64,000 nt of DNA, from NCBI RefSeq assembly GCF_058153355.1, contig NZ_CM177019.1; one strand, 5' to 3'. The notes beneath the pieces are model-generated. The model did not search any database and was not told the origin of the DNA. It worked only from the letters and a program-made list of their open reading frames with translations. Each line of letters begins with the position of its first letter. The first letter of the stretch is position 1. The position numbers and the translations under genes were made by a program. Positions 1 to 14,930 of the stretch are shown here, one piece after another.

Positions 1-318
<318 letters not shown>

Positions 319-386
319 CCTTAAAGAACTGTGCTTTGCAGTGCTCACACAGATTGTCTGATGAAAATGAGCAGTAAAACCTCTAC

Positions 387-463
<77 letters not shown>

Positions 464-505
464 AATTTGCACCGCAAATTTGAAGAGGTTTTAACTACAT
501 GTTAT

Positions 506-581
506 GGGGCTATAGCTCAGCTGGGAGAGCGCCTGCTTTGCACGCAGGAGGTCTGCGGTTCGATCCCGCATAGCTCCACCA
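506..581 (+). tRNA. alaU: tRNA-Ala (anticodon UGC) in 16S-23S spacer
   Basis: 76 nt ggggctatagctcagctggg...tagctccacca, anticodon loop ttTGCac; typical Ile/Ala spacer type. Confidence 0.95.
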
Positions 582-764
582 TCTCTGTAGTGATTAAATA
601 AAAAATACTTCAGAGTGTACCTGCAAAGGTTCACTGCGAAGTTTTGCTCTTTAAAAATCTGGATCAAGCTGAAAATTGAAACACTGAACAACGAAAGTTG
701 TTCGTGAGTCTCTCAAATTTTCGCAACACGATGATGAATCGCAAGAAACATCTTCGGGTTGTGA

Positions 765-3669
<2,905 letters not shown>

Positions 3670-3762
3670 ACAACGCCGAAGGTGTTTTGGCGGATTGAGA
3701 GAAGATTTTCAGCCTGATACAGATTAAATCAGAACGCAGAAGCGGTCTGATGAAACAGAATT

Positions 3763-3882
3763 TGCCTGGCGGCCTTAGCGCGGTGGTCCCACCTGACCCC
3801 ATGCCGAACTCAGAAGTGAAACGCCGTAGCGCCGATGGTAGTGTGGGGTCTCCCCATGCGAGAGTAGGGAACTGCCAGGCAT
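3763..3882 (+). rRNA. rrf: 5S ribosomal RNA (copy 1)
   Basis: 120 nt tgcctggcggcc...gggaactgccaggcat, canonical E. coli 5S. Confidence 0.95.
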
Positions 3883-3894
3883 CAAATTAAGCGT

Positions 3895-3970
3895 GCTGAT
3901 ATGGCTCAGTTGGTAGAGCGCACCCTTGGTAAGGGTGAGGTCCCCAGTTCGACTCTGGGTATCAGCACCA
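3895..3970 (+). tRNA. thrV: tRNA-Thr (anticodon GGU) distal to 5S
   Basis: 76 nt gctgatatggctcagttggtagagcgcacccttGGTaagggtg...atcagcacca; the distal tRNA-Thr plus second 5S arrangement is, as I recall, specific to rrnD. Confidence 0.93.
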
Positions 3971-4007
3971 CTTTTTAGGTTAAAGTTCGGCAAATTAGAA
4001 AAGAATT

Positions 4008-4127
4008 GGTCTGGCGGCAGTAGCGCGGTGGTCCCACCTGACCCCATGCCGAACTCAGAAGTGAAACGCCGTAGCGCCGATGGTAGTGTGGGGTCTCCCC
4101 ATGCGAGAGTAGGGAACTGCCAGACAT
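4008..4127 (+). rRNA. rrf: 5S ribosomal RNA (copy 2, variant ends)
   Basis: 120 nt, near-identical to copy 1 except 5' ggtctggcggcag and 3' ctgccagacat; exact 5' end uncertain by 1 nt. Confidence 0.9.
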
Positions 4128-4132
4128 CAAAT

Positions 4133-4174
4133 AAAACAAAAGGCTCAGTCGGAAGACTGGGCCTTTTGTTTTAT
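4133..4174 (+). terminator. rrn operon terminator T1-like hairpin
   Basis: aaaacaaaaggctcagtcggaagactgggccttttgtttt: GC stem-loop followed by T-run immediately after 5S. Confidence 0.85.
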
Positions 4175-4307
4175 TTGATGTTTGTCGGTGAACACTCTCC
4201 CGAGTAGGACAAATCCGCCGGGAGCGGATTTGAACGTTGCGAAGCAACGGCCCGGAGGGTGGCGGGCAGGACGCCCGCCATAAACTGCCAGACATCAAAT
4301 CAAGCGA

Positions 4308-4335
4308 AAGGCCATCCGAAAGGATGGCCTTTTTG
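4308..4335 (+). terminator. rrn operon terminator T2-like hairpin
   Basis: aaaggccatccgaaaggatggccttttt; perfect 8 bp stem, GAAA loop, T-run; preceded by a duplicated 5S 3' fragment (ctgccagacatcaaat at 4285-4300). Confidence 0.85.
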
Positions 4336-4356
4336 CGTTTCGAATCCATGTACAAT

Positions 4357-5115
4357 TTAATGGATCACCTGCGATAAAAATGCCCTCGTACGCTCTGATT
4401 TAGGATGCGCAAAAAACTCATCCGGTGCAGCTTGTTCCACTATCTCCCCACGATCCATAAAAATCACCCTGTCAGCGACGGTTCGTGCAAACCCCATCTC
4501 ATGTGTTACACACAACATTGTCATACCCGACTGCGCCAGCCCAATCATCGTATCCAGCACTTCTTTCACCATCTCCGGATCGAGCGCCGATGTGGGCTCA
4601 TCAAACAACATAATTTTCGGCTTCATACACAGCGAGCGCGCAATGGCAACGCGTTGCTGCTGACCACCAGAAATCTGTCCGGGAAACTTCTGGGCATGTT
4701 CGGCAATTCTTACTCGCTCAAGATAATGCATCGCCAGAGCTTCAGCCTCTTTCTTAGGCATCTTGCGTACCCAAATCGGTGCCAGGGTACAGTTCTGTAG
4801 AACGGTCAGATGAGGGAAGAGATTGAAATGCTGAAAGACCATTCCCACTTCCTGCCTGACACGCTCAATATTGCGGATATCTTCATTAAGCTCGATGCCA
4901 TCTACCACGATTCGTCCCTGTTGATGTTCTTCCAGATGATTAATACAGCGAATGGTTGTCGATTTCCCCGAACCAGAAGGGCCACACAGAACGATTCGTT
5001 CTCCCGGTTGTACGGTTAAATTAATATTTTTCAGAACATGGAATTGTCCATACCATTTATTGACGTTTTCCAGCGTAATCATCGCGTTAGCAGGTTGCAG
5101 TAAAATTTGGCTCAT
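4357..5115 (-). CDS. yhdZ: Polar amino-acid ABC transporter ATP-binding protein
   Basis: 252 aa; Walker [10 protein letters not shown], signature [13 protein letters not shown], Walker [12 protein letters not shown]; K-12 synteny next to rrnD. Confidence 0.9.
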   Translation of the reverse strand: MSQILLQPANAMITLENVNKWYGQFHVLKNINLTVQPGERIVLCGPSGSGKSTTIRCINHLEEHQQGRIVVDGIELNEDIRNIERVRQEVGMVFQHFNLFPHLTVLQNCTLAPIWVRKMPKKEAEALAMHYLERVRIAEHAQKFPGQISGGQQQRVAIARSLCMKPKIMLFDEPTSALDPEMVKEVLDTMIGLAQSGMTMLCVTHEMGFARTVADRVIFMDRGEIVEQAAPDEFFAHPKSERTRAFLSQVIH

Positions 5116-5122
5116 AGTGTCC

Positions 5123-6226
5123 TCAATGCGGTGTACGCCCGGTGTTAAAACGTTTTTCCAGATGTTGGCTATAACGTGACATGCTGAAACAGAAGATCCA
5201 GTAAATCAGTGCGGCGAAAACATAACCTTCCGTCGACATACCCAACCAGGCGGGATCGACAGTTGCCTGCTGCACACTACTGAAGAGATCGAACAGGCCG
5301 ATAATGATCACCAGACTGGTATCTTTAAAAAGTGCGATGATGGTATTCACCAGCCCAGGAATCACCAGCTTCAACGCCTGTGGCAGAATAACCAGCCCCT
5401 GGGTTTTCCAGTAACCCAACGCCAGAGACTCTGCCGCTTCATATTGCCCTTTAGGTAGCGCCTGTAATCCGCCTCGCACGACTTCCGCAACATATGCTGA
5501 CTGAAACAGGATCACGCCAACCAGCGCGCGGATCAATTTGTCGATACTGGTGCCTTCTGCCATAAACAACGGCAGCATGACCGAAGACATAAACAGAACG
5601 GTAATCAGCGGCACACCGCGCCAGAACTCGATAAAAATGACCGATAAGATACGCACAATCGGCATATGGGAGCGGCGACCTAACGCCAACAGGATCCCCC
5701 ACGGTAGCGCCCCCGCAATCCCAACTGATGCAATAATTAAAGTGAGCGTCAGCCCGCCCCATTGCCTGGTTTCAACCCGTTCAAGACCAAGAAACCCGCC
5801 ATACATCAGCCACCAGACAATCAGTGGGTAAATCACCGCCCAGACCGCAATATAGCGACCGCGATGCGGGAGTATTTTCCAGAACATTGGTGCGATAGAA
5901 ACAAGGCCAATCAGTAATGCCAGGTTAATTCGCCAGCGTTGGTCGTGTGGGTAAAGCCCATACATAAACTGACCAAATCGTTCGTGGATGAAGACCCAAC
6001 AGGCACCTGCTTTTGTGCAGTCGGCACGCGTTGAGCCAACCCAGTTAGCCTGCAAAAATGCCCAGTTCAGCAATGGTGGGATCAGTTCCCACATCAACCA
6101 TATGCAGCCAATAGTCAGCAGGCTATTGCTCCAGCTGGAGAACAGATTTTTCCGCACCCACACCATCGCGCGGCTTGTGTTATGGCTCGCCGGGCGCGGG
6201 GGATGAGACAGCAATACTTTTGTCAT
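5123..6226 (-). CDS. yhdY: Amino-acid ABC transporter permease
   Basis: Multi-TM protein with EAA-like loop; start set at second ATG (AAGGAG 5 nt upstream) giving 367 aa. Confidence 0.85.
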   Translation of the reverse strand: MTKVLLSHPPRPASHNTSRAMVWVRKNLFSSWSNSLLTIGCIWLMWELIPPLLNWAFLQANWVGSTRADCTKAGACWVFIHERFGQFMYGLYPHDQRWRINLALLIGLVSIAPMFWKILPHRGRYIAVWAVIYPLIVWWLMYGGFLGLERVETRQWGGLTLTLIIASVGIAGALPWGILLALGRRSHMPIVRILSVIFIEFWRGVPLITVLFMSSVMLPLFMAEGTSIDKLIRALVGVILFQSAYVAEVVRGGLQALPKGQYEAAESLALGYWKTQGLVILPQALKLVIPGLVNTIIALFKDTSLVIIIGLFDLFSSVQQATVDPAWLGMSTEGYVFAALIYWIFCFSMSRYSQHLEKRFNTGRTPH

Positions 6227-6235
6227 CATGACTCC

Positions 6236-7417
6236 TTAGCGTTCAACGATCGCGATGCGGCGGTTATAGATATTCATCAGCAGCGAGATAGTCAGGCTGA
6301 TAATCAGATAGACCGACATGGTCATGGCTATAGTCTCGATGGCTTGCCCCGTCTGGTTTAGTACGGTGCCAGCAAACAGCGAAACCATATCCGGATAGCC
6401 AATAGCGGCGGCAAGAGAGGAGTTTTTGACGATGTTGAGATACTGGCTGGTTAATGGAGGAATAATCACTCGCAGTGCCTGAGGAATAATGACCTGGCGT
6501 AGCGTAACCGGGTTGGGCAATCCCAGTGACCTGGCAGCTTCATGTTGACCATAAGGCACCGCCTGAATCCCGGCGCGGATAATCTCGGCGATAAATGCAG
6601 AGGTATAAACCGAAAGCGCCAGCGTTAAGGCTGCCAGTTCAGGAATTAAAACCATCCCGCCGCGGAAATTAAAACCTTGTAGGGCTGGAACATCCCAGTG
6701 CAGTGCCGCGCCAAAAAGCCATTGCGCCAGTAAAGGCAAGCCAATGATTAATCCAACGGCGAACGGCCAGGTTCGGCGCAGTTGTCCGGTCTTTATCTGG
6801 TGTTTTTTATTAAAGCGATATAGCCCAACAGAAAGGGCTATAGCCATAACAACAGCCAGGATAAATGCAAGGAACCCGTCTCCCAGCTGCGGCGACGGAA
6901 TATAAAGCCCACGATTGCTTAAAAAGGCCAGATCAAACGCACTCACTGCCTGGCGTGGTCCGGGCAAATTGCGCAACACGGCAAAGTACCAGAAGAAGAT
7001 TTGCAGTAGCGGCGGAATATTACGGAAGATCTCAATATAAATTGTGGAAAGCTTTCGTAGCAGCCAGTTATCCGAAAGTCGTGCCAGACCGATAAAGAAG
7101 CCCAGAACAGAAGCGAATACAATACACAATGCAGAAACCAGCAGCGTATTGAGTAAGCCAACAATGAAAACGCGTCCGTAGGTATCACCCTGCTGGTAAT
7201 CGATCAAATGCTGGACAATACCGAAGCCAGCGCCGCGATCCAGAAAGGCAAAACCCGAAGTAATGCCACGATTACTGAGATTCGTCACAGTGTTGTGAAA
7301 TAGCCAACCAACAATGCCGACAACAGCAACAACGGCAAGGATCTGGAATAACCAGGCGCGAACCGTAGGGTTGGCAAAGGAGAGTGAGCCTTTAACGGTT
7401 GAGCGGCGATGAGACAT
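6236..7417 (-). CDS. yhdX: Amino-acid ABC transporter permease
   Basis: Hydrophobic permease; start trimmed to ATG at 7417 (GAGG 6 nt upstream), 393 aa. Confidence 0.85.
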   Translation of the reverse strand: MSHRRSTVKGSLSFANPTVRAWLFQILAVVAVVGIVGWLFHNTVTNLSNRGITSGFAFLDRGAGFGIVQHLIDYQQGDTYGRVFIVGLLNTLLVSALCIVFASVLGFFIGLARLSDNWLLRKLSTIYIEIFRNIPPLLQIFFWYFAVLRNLPGPRQAVSAFDLAFLSNRGLYIPSPQLGDGFLAFILAVVMAIALSVGLYRFNKKHQIKTGQLRRTWPFAVGLIIGLPLLAQWLFGAALHWDVPALQGFNFRGGMVLIPELAALTLALSVYTSAFIAEIIRAGIQAVPYGQHEAARSLGLPNPVTLRQVIIPQALRVIIPPLTSQYLNIVKNSSLAAAIGYPDMVSLFAGTVLNQTGQAIETIAMTMSVYLIISLTISLLMNIYNRRIAIVER

Positions 7418-7484
7418 AGAAACCTCGGAAAGCATAACGCTGAAGAGAGCGCCGCCGTAGCGACGCTCGTTACCTCACACCGAC

Positions 7485-8510
7485 TTAACGCACGGGCGGC
7501 GCGTACTGAATACCGCCGTTATTCCAGAGATTATTTTGCCCACGTTTAATCTTCAGGGGGCTTTCTGAACCTACGTTACGCTCAAAAATTTCCGAGTAAT
7601 TACCCACCTGTTTGATGATGTTGTAAGCCCATTTATTATCCAGCTTCAGATCTTTACCGTAATCGCCCTCTTTACCCAGCAGATGCGCCATATCAGGCGT
7701 TGCAGGATTAGCCGCTTTTTCATCAACGTTTTGCGAATTAACGCCCATCTCTTCAGCATTCAGCATGGCGAAAAGCGTCCAGCGCACTATAGAGAACCAT
7801 TCATCATCGCCACGACGAACTACCGGCCCAAGCGGTTCTTTAGAGATAACTTCCGGTAAAACAATCCATTCAGCTGGGTTGCTTAATTTGATGCGCAGGG
7901 CATACAGTTGTGATTGATCCGAGGCCAGCGTATCGCAGCGGCCAGATTCCAGTGCCTTCGCGGATTCGTCAGAGCGATCGAAAGTCACTGGTGTGTACTT
8001 CATATTGTTTGCCTTGAAGTAATCGGCGACGTTGAGTTCGGTATCAGTACCCGCCTGAATACAGACTGTTGCGCCATCCAGTTCTTTCGCGCTTTTTAAT
8101 CCCGCTTTATCGTGCGTCAGGAAACCAATGCCGTCATAATAAGTGACGCCAGTAAATGCCATTCCCATACCGGCATCGCGAGAGGAAGTCCAGGTCGTAT
8201 TACGGGAGAGCAAATCCACCTCCCCTGACTGTAAAGCCGTGAAGCGTTCTTTTGCAGTGAGCGGGGTATATTTCACTTTCGTGTCGTCACCAAATACAGC
8301 TGCCGCAACACCACGACAAACATCTACATCAATACCTGAAAACTTACCGTCAGCATCGGCATAAGAGAACCCAGGTAATCCATCACTGATCCCGCATTGC
8401 ACAAAACCTTTTTTCTGAACGGCATCAAGCGTCGCGCCAGCATGCGCCTGATTTGCAACGGCAAGCAGCACGCTGGCGGCAGCCAGTGTGGCTATCATCA
8501 TCTTTTTCAT
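7485..8510 (-). CDS. yhdW: Periplasmic amino-acid binding protein of ABC transporter
   Basis: 341 aa with N-terminal signal peptide MKKMMIATLAAASVLLAVANQAHA; operon with yhdXYZ. Confidence 0.88.
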   Translation of the reverse strand: MKKMMIATLAAASVLLAVANQAHAGATLDAVQKKGFVQCGISDGLPGFSYADADGKFSGIDVDVCRGVAAAVFGDDTKVKYTPLTAKERFTALQSGEVDLLSRNTTWTSSRDAGMGMAFTGVTYYDGIGFLTHDKAGLKSAKELDGATVCIQAGTDTELNVADYFKANNMKYTPVTFDRSDESAKALESGRCDTLASDQSQLYALRIKLSNPAEWIVLPEVISKEPLGPVVRRGDDEWFSIVRWTLFAMLNAEEMGVNSQNVDEKAANPATPDMAHLLGKEGDYGKDLKLDNKWAYNIIKQVGNYSEIFERNVGSESPLKIKRGQNNLWNNGGIQYAPPVR

Positions 8511-8939
8511 AATGCTTCCTGTGAGGCGAAAATTATCGTTATAGGACGTTTGGGAAACGTCTTTTACCTGTCTGTGGCCATCCTCTTATAAGCAAAAGTA
8601 GTGCCAGCTTTTGCGCACGATTTCGCGTCGCAATAAGCTGAGTGTAGACAGGAAATAATAAAAACAGCGCCCCGCAATGGTGCGAAAATGAAACATGCGC
8701 CACATTTTGGCGCAAAATATTTACGCATTTTTACTAAGCAGAATAATGATTGTTAGCGTGAGTATATTTCTGGTAGGAATTGTGAAAATTAAATTGATGC
8801 GTTATTTCGAAAGCAGCGAAATAACGCGATATAACATGCTAAATCAGCAGGGAATTACACAGCAGAATATAGCAATATTTTATCTTATGGAGAGATACTG
8901 TATCGTTAAACAGAGCGCAGTACTCCGCGCCCTGTTCAG

Positions 8940-9161
8940 TTATTTCGACAGAGCGATGATCCCCATCGTCAGGCCAGCAACAGCTGCTGCCCCGCCAGCA
9001 ATAGCCCCAGCCGTTTCCCAGTTATCCTGAGTCGTGCCTTTCATACAGATATTGGTGTGAACCAGTTGACCCTGATCGTCATAAACCGGAACGCAGGGCG
9101 AATCGTGAGCACAGCCCGCCAGCAATGCGGTGAGCAATGCTACAGGAATTAATCTTTTCAT
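8940..9161 (-). CDS. yhdV: Small lipoprotein
   Basis: 73 aa; lipobox LLAGC in signal peptide MKRLIPVALLTALLAGC; Gly/Ala-rich C-terminus. Confidence 0.75.
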   Translation of the reverse strand: MKRLIPVALLTALLAGCAHDSPCVPVYDDQGQLVHTNICMKGTTQDNWETAGAIAGGAAAVAGLTMGIIALSK

Positions 9162-9413
9162 GGTGTTACCTCAGTAATAAACGCTAACGCTTAATAAGTT
9201 AACTCTCTTATTAACGAGCTGAATGCCATTTTATCACTGGAGGTTATAAATCTTGCGGCATGAATAATGACAAATTATGTGAATTGTAAAAATAGTGAAG
9301 GGAGCGGGAACTATAGAAAGTTTTTAAAGAGTGAGTAGAAGAATATCTTATTAATTTTTATGGGTTTCACTGAAAATAATAAAGGCACCCGAAAGCGCCT
9401 TTATGTTTCTGAT

Positions 9414-12400
9414 TTATCCTTTAAAGCAACGGCGGATAACCACAAAGAACACCGGCACGAAGAAGATTGCCAGCAACGTTGCAGAGACCATCCCGCCCAT
9501 TACCCCGATACCCACTGCGTTCTGCGCGCCACTGCCGGCACCGTTACTGATAGCTAGCGGTAATACGCCGAGAATAAAGGCGAGAGAGGTCATCAGGATA
9601 GGACGCAGACGCATACGTACTGCCACCAGTGTCGCTTCAACAACACCTTTACCCTCTTTCTCCATGAGATCTTTAGCGAACTCAACAATCAAAATAGCGT
9701 TTTTGGCCGACAAGCCAATTGTCGTTAGCAAGCCCACCATAAAGTAGACGTCATTTTTTTGATTAAAGAGTGTCGCCGCCAGTAGCACGCCGACAATCCC
9801 TAACGGCACGACTAACATAACCGAGACAGGAATTGACCAGCTTTCATAGAGTGCAGCAAGGCACAGGAAAACAACCACAAAGGAAATTGCTACCAGAGCG
9901 GGAGCTTGGTTTCCCGATAAGCGTTCCTGATATGACATACCCGTCCAGTCATAACCAATGCCAGCTGGTAATTGTGATGCAAGGTTTTCCATCAACGCCA
10001 TGGCATCGCCGGAACTGGTTCCTGGCGCGGCTTCCCCCTGAATCTCCATTGACGGCAGACCGTTGTAGCGCTCCAGTCGCGGAGAGCCATACACCCAATG
10101 TGCAGTGGTAAAGGCAGAGAATAGCACCATTTCGCCGTTGGCGCTGCGGACATAAAGTTTATCGACATCTTCTGGCAGCATACGGAATTTGGCATCCGCC
10201 TGAACATACACCTTTTTCACGCGACCACGGTCAATGAAGTCGTTAACGTAAGTCCCACCCAACGCCGTTGAAATGGTCTGATTGATGTCAGAAAGTGAAA
10301 CACCTAATGCCTGCGCCTTTTCCTGGTCAACTTCCAGTTTAAACTGCGCGGTGTCTTCCAGACCATTAGGACGCACGCTGACTAAGCTGGCAGGATGTTG
10401 CGCCGCCATGCCAAGCAACTGGTTACGGGCCTGGGTCAGGGCATCGTGACCCAGCCCAGCCTGATCAATTAACTCAAAGTCGAAACCCGTTGCCGTGCCC
10501 AGTTCAACAATGGCTGGCATATTGAATGGAATGACAAAACCGTCGCGGATCTTGCCCAATTCCATTTTGGCACGATGGATTACCGCTTCCGCACTGTTTT
10601 CGTCACCACTACGCTCTTCCCACGGTTTCAGACTGACGAAAGCCATACCGGCATTTTGTGCCTGGCCGCTGAAGCTAAAGCCGTTAACCGTAAAGACACT
10701 TTCTACGTTCGCTTTCTCGTTCTTCAGATAGTAATCCGTCACTTGATCCAACACTTTTTGCGTCCGCTCTTGCGTCGCGCCAGCGGGTAACTGAATCATA
10801 GTCAGAAAGACACCCTGATCCTCTTCAGGTAAGAAGGAAGACGGAAGACGTAAAAACAACACCACCATTCCAGCAACAATTAGTGCATAGATCAGTAAAT
10901 ATCGTCCTGTGGAACCGAGGATTTTGCCGACGCTGTTGGTGTAGTGGTTAACGCTATGATCGAAGGTGGTATTAAACCAGCCGAAGAAACCGCCCTTATT
11001 TTCGTGATGCTCAGCAGAGACGGGTTTGAGCAGTGTTGCACATAACGCTGGGGTAAGAATCAATGCCACCAGAACAGAAAGCGCCATTGCCGAAACGATG
11101 GTGATAGAGAACTGGCGGTAAATTGCCCCAGTAGAACCGCCGAAGAATGCCATTGGAATAAATACCGCTGACAGCACCATCGCGATACCCACCAGTGCGC
11201 CCTGGATTTGCGACATTGATTTTTCCGTCGCTTCTTTTGGCGGGAGCTTATCCTCCATCATCACGCGCTCGACGTTCTCCACCACCACTATCGCATCATC
11301 GACGAGCAGCCCGATGGCAAGCACCATCCCGAACATAGTTAGTGTATTGATGGAGTAACCAAAAGCGGCGAGGATGGCAAACGTCCCTAACAACACCACG
11401 GGTACCGCAATGGTGGGGATCAGCGTTGCTCGCATATTCTGCAAGAACAGATACATCACCAGGAACACCAGCATAATGGCTTCGAACAGCGTTTTTACCA
11501 CTTCGTGAATAGAAAGCTGGACGAATGGTGTGGTGTCATAAGGGTAGAGAACCTTCATTCCCTGCGGGAAGAATGGCTGTAATTCCGCCAGTTTTGCCTT
11601 AATGGCTTTCGCGGTATCGAGAGCATTCGCGCCGGTTGCCAGCTTAATACCCAGGCCCGCCGCCGGTTTACCGTTGATGCGAGCGATAACGTTATAGTTT
11701 TCACCGCCAAGTTCAACCCGTGCGACATCTTTCAGGCGTACCACCGAGCCGTCACTGTTTACGCGCAGGGTCACTTTGCCGAATTCTTCCGGATTTTTTA
11801 ACCGCGTCTGAGCAATAATCGAGGCGTTCAACTGTTGCCCTGGTAACGCTGGCGTTCCGCCCAACTGTCCGGCAGCGATCTGATCGTTCTGTACCTTCAA
11901 CTGGTTAATCACATCAACCGGCGTCAGTTTATATTTGTTTAGCAGATCGGCGTCCAACCAGATACGCATCGCATACTGTGCGCCGAAAAGCTGTACGTCA
12001 CCGACGCCATTCAGACGGCTAAGCGTATCTTTAACGTTAGAGGCCACATAGTCCGAGATATCGTCCTGTGTGGTGCCTGGGTTATCAGAGACAAAGCCCG
12101 CCACCATCAAATAGCTGCTACTGGACTTTTCAACACTGATCCCCTGCTGCTGTACCTCCTGCGGCAGCAACGGCGTGGCGAGCTGGAGTTTGTTCTGCAC
12201 CTGCACTTGCGCGATATCTGGATCGGTCCCGGACTGGAAGGTAAGGGTAATTGTCACGCTACCGGCGGAATCGCTGGTGGAGGACATATACATCAGGTTA
12301 TCGATACCATTCATATTCTGTTCGATAACCTGCGTCACCGTATCCTGCACGGTCTGCGCATCAGCGCCCGGATAGTTTGCCGAAACAGAAACTGCAGGCG

Positions 12401-12518
12401 GCGCAATGGTTGGGTATTGGGCGACGGGCAATTGTAGGATCGCCAGTACACCCGCCATCATCAGAATAATGGCCAGCACCCATGCAAATATCGGTCGTCG
12501 AATAAAAAAGTTTGCCAT
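9414..12518 (-). CDS. acrF: RND multidrug efflux pump inner-membrane transporter AcrF
   Basis: 1034 aa, 12-TM RND architecture, begins [23 protein letters not shown]; follows acrE. Confidence 0.95.
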   Translation of the reverse strand: MANFFIRRPIFAWVLAIILMMAGVLAILQLPVAQYPTIAPPAVSVSANYPGADAQTVQDTVTQVIEQNMNGIDNLMYMSSTSDSAGSVTITLTFQSGTDPDIAQVQVQNKLQLATPLLPQEVQQQGISVEKSSSSYLMVAGFVSDNPGTTQDDISDYVASNVKDTLSRLNGVGDVQLFGAQYAMRIWLDADLLNKYKLTPVDVINQLKVQNDQIAAGQLGGTPALPGQQLNASIIAQTRLKNPEEFGKVTLRVNSDGSVVRLKDVARVELGGENYNVIARINGKPAAGLGIKLATGANALDTAKAIKAKLAELQPFFPQGMKVLYPYDTTPFVQLSIHEVVKTLFEAIMLVFLVMYLFLQNMRATLIPTIAVPVVLLGTFAILAAFGYSINTLTMFGMVLAIGLLVDDAIVVVENVERVMMEDKLPPKEATEKSMSQIQGALVGIAMVLSAVFIPMAFFGGSTGAIYRQFSITIVSAMALSVLVALILTPALCATLLKPVSAEHHENKGGFFGWFNTTFDHSVNHYTNSVGKILGSTGRYLLIYALIVAGMVVLFLRLPSSFLPEEDQGVFLTMIQLPAGATQERTQKVLDQVTDYYLKNEKANVESVFTVNGFSFSGQAQNAGMAFVSLKPWEERSGDENSAEAVIHRAKMELGKIRDGFVIPFNMPAIVELGTATGFDFELIDQAGLGHDALTQARNQLLGMAAQHPASLVSVRPNGLEDTAQFKLEVDQEKAQALGVSLSDINQTISTALGGTYVNDFIDRGRVKKVYVQADAKFRMLPEDVDKLYVRSANGEMVLFSAFTTAHWVYGSPRLERYNGLPSMEIQGEAAPGTSSGDAMALMENLASQLPAGIGYDWTGMSYQERLSGNQAPALVAISFVVVFLCLAALYESWSIPVSVMLVVPLGIVGVLLAATLFNQKNDVYFMVGLLTTIGLSAKNAILIVEFAKDLMEKEGKGVVEATLVAVRMRLRPILMTSLAFILGVLPLAISNGAGSGAQNAVGIGVMGGMVSATLLAIFFVPVFFVVIRRCFKG

Positions 12519-12529
12519 GTCAGATTGCC

Positions 12530-13687
12530 TTACTTCGATGCAGTATCTGCGGGGGTATCGGTAGTGGCTTTAACCTGCTCTCCCGGACGCGCTTTTTGCA
12601 GGCCGCTGACAATGACTTGATCGCCAGATTTCAGCCCTTCGCTAATCAACCATTTATCGCCAATCGCCTGGCTGGCAACGACAGGGCGCGCTTCAACCTG
12701 ACTTTTATCGTTAACAATCAGCACGGTTGCATCACCACGCGGTGTGCGGCTAACGCCTTGTTGCGGGATAAGAATGGCATCAGGTTGGACGCCTTCATCA
12801 ATCCGTGCGCGCACAAACATACCAGGTAAAAGCGTATGTTGCGGGTTAGGGAAGACGGCACGTAGGGTTATGGAGCCGGTGCTTTCATCAACGGTAACAT
12901 CGGAGAATTGCAGCGTACCTTTCAGGGGATAGGTTTGACCGTTCTCCATGACCAACTCTACGTTGCTGGTGGCGTTCTCCTTATGCAAATTTCCTTGCTC
13001 TACGGATTGCTTCAGCCTCATAAAATCGTTGCTGGATTGGGTCACATCAACGTAGATAGGATCGAGCTGCTGGACAGTCGCCAGTTCAGTCGTTTGCCCA
13101 TTAGTGACAAGAGCGCCTTCGGTCACAGTAGATTTGCCGATACGTCCGCTAATTGGCGCAGTCACTTTGGTATAAGCGAGATTGATGCGAGCGCTTTCGA
13201 CCGTGGCTTTTGCGGCAATCACGGCGGCATCGGCCTGGCGAGCATCAGCAATGGCCTGGTCGTACTCCTGCTGACTGATGTATTTCGTACCCACGAGCGG
13301 AACGTAACGTTTTACCGTCAAATGCGCGATGGCGGCGGCGGCTTCACTTTTCGCCAGTTCGCCTTTCGCGCTGTCATAACTTGCCTGATAGGTCGCGGGA
13401 TCGATCTGGTACAGAGACTGGCCTGCTTGCACATCGCTGCCTTCAGTGAAATCGCGACTCAGTACGATCCCGCTAACCTGTGGGCGAACTTCGGCTATAC
13501 GGTAAGCATTGGTGCGGCCTGGTAATTCAGTCTTAACTTCTAACGGGGCCGTTTTCACAATATGAACGGTAACCTGCGGTTCACCGACGTGAGCTTTCTC
13601 TTCTCCCTTATCGTTACAACCGGCGATTAAAGCCGCGGAGATCAGAATAAAGGAGGGCAGGAGGAAAAACCTGGCATGTTTCGTCAT
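12530..13687 (-). CDS. acrE: RND efflux periplasmic adaptor (membrane fusion protein) AcrE
   Basis: 385 aa, lipoprotein signal (LIAGC), coiled-coil adaptor region; immediately upstream of acrF. Confidence 0.93.
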   Translation of the reverse strand: MTKHARFFLLPSFILISAALIAGCNDKGEEKAHVGEPQVTVHIVKTAPLEVKTELPGRTNAYRIAEVRPQVSGIVLSRDFTEGSDVQAGQSLYQIDPATYQASYDSAKGELAKSEAAAAIAHLTVKRYVPLVGTKYISQQEYDQAIADARQADAAVIAAKATVESARINLAYTKVTAPISGRIGKSTVTEGALVTNGQTTELATVQQLDPIYVDVTQSSNDFMRLKQSVEQGNLHKENATSNVELVMENGQTYPLKGTLQFSDVTVDESTGSITLRAVFPNPQHTLLPGMFVRARIDEGVQPDAILIPQQGVSRTPRGDATVLIVNDKSQVEARPVVASQAIGDKWLISEGLKSGDQVIVSGLQKARPGEQVKATTDTPADTASK

Positions 13688-14085
13688 TACTATTCCTCAA
13701 AAAACCAAAAGCGCGTTATTTACCTAAAAAGGCAACGCGTTAACTCGCAGAAAGAAAAATACAGTTCGCTATCCTACAAATTATCATTCGTCGATGTAAG
13801 GAATAGTTATGAATACTGGCGTCTCAAGGCACATAAACACAAAAAAAGATTAATATTTTACTGTTTTATTTTGACGCGGGTTGAAAGAGGTAGAATCAAA
13901 TCCTCGTAAATTGAAATATATATTGATAGAGTGAATGTATTTTAGGTAAATAATAAACGTTATTTATTTGACGATTTATAGCAACTCAATATTAGTCTCT
14001 CGTATAAATATACATTAGGTGATAGATTAACCTTCGCTATTTTCTCATCCTGTGTCGAATATATTTATTTCCTGAATAATTAATC

Positions 14086-14748
14086 ATGGCAAAAAGAACC
14101 AAAGCTGAAGCCCTGAAGACCCGGCAAGAACTGATTGAAACTGCCATCGCCCAGTTTGCGCAGCATGGCGTAAGCAAGACGACGCTCAACGACATTGCCG
14201 ACGCCGCTAACGTTACGCGTGGCGCTATCTACTGGCACTTCGAGAACAAGACCCAACTGTTTAATGAGATGTGGTTGCAACAGCCTTCATTGCGGGAGTT
14301 AATCCAGGATCACTTGACTGCTGGGTTAGAGCATGACCCGTTTCAGCAATTGCGTGAAAAATTGATTGTTGGCTTGCAATATATTGCCAAAATTCCCCGC
14401 CAGCAGGCGTTGCTGAAAATCTTATATCACAAATGTGAATTTAATGATGAGATGCTGGCAGAGGGAGTGATACGCGAAAAGATGGGCTTTAATCCGCAGA
14501 CTCTCCGCGAAGTATTGCAGGCATGTCAGCAACAAGGTTGTATAGCAAATAATCTCGATTTAGATGTTGTGATGATTATTATTGATGGTGCCTTCAGCGG
14601 AATTGTTCAAAACTGGTTAATGAATATGGCGGGTTATGATCTTTATAAACAAGCACCCGCACTGGTCGATAACGTATTAAGAATGTTCATGCCAGATGAA
14701 AACATAACGAAATTAATTCATCAAACGAATGAATTAAGTGTCATATAA
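14086..14748 (+). CDS. acrS: TetR-family transcriptional repressor AcrS (EnvR)
   Basis: 220 aa with N-terminal TetR HTH (TRQELIETAIAQFAQHGVSKTTLNDIADAANVTRGAIYWHF); divergent from acrEF. Confidence 0.92.
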   Translation: MAKRTKAEALKTRQELIETAIAQFAQHGVSKTTLNDIADAANVTRGAIYWHFENKTQLFNEMWLQQPSLRELIQDHLTAGLEHDPFQQLREKLIVGLQYIAKIPRQQALLKILYHKCEFNDEMLAEGVIREKMGFNPQTLREVLQACQQQGCIANNLDLDVVMIIIDGAFSGIVQNWLMNMAGYDLYKQAPALVDNVLRMFMPDENITKLIHQTNELSVI

Positions 14749-14750
14749 AT

Positions 14751-14930
14751 TCACATTCTGTCCTGAAAATTCAGTTCGTCACAGTTAACCAGTTTTAGTG
14801 GATTAACTGAGTTCATATTGCGGCATTTGTCTGTTTCTGTTGCCAGCAGTTCAATCCACTGCATCAGTAAAGTATCAAACAGAAAAACGAAGACAGCGAA
14901 AACGACGAGCCACCAATACTTGCGAATCAT
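14751..14930 (-). CDS. yhdU: Small membrane protein YhdU
   Basis: Hydrophobic small ORF (MIRKYWWLVVFAVFVFLFDTLLMQW...); start chosen at internal ATG (59 aa) rather than the TTG of the ORF track. Confidence 0.55.
   Translation of the reverse strand: MIRKYWWLVVFAVFVFLFDTLLMQWIELLATETDKCRNMNSVNPLKLVNCDELNFQDRM

Noticed and set aside
4285-4300. Duplicated 5S 3'-end fragment (ctgccagacatcaaat) between the two rrn terminators
   Set aside because: This is the normal architecture of E. coli rrn operon terminator regions, not a novel repeat.
8695-9030. 111 aa plus-strand ORF between yhdW and yhdV
   Set aside because: Overlaps the yhdV lipoprotein gene on the opposite strand and runs through AT-rich regulatory DNA; no convincing ribosome-binding site.
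12908-13525. 205 aa plus-strand ORF inside acrE
   Set aside because: Antisense overlap with the AcrE membrane fusion protein gene; no independent start signals; chance ORF.
13676-13909. 77 aa ORF in the acrE-acrS intergenic region
   Set aside because: Very AT-rich, Lys/Tyr-rich low-complexity translation in a divergent promoter region; likely a chance ORF.
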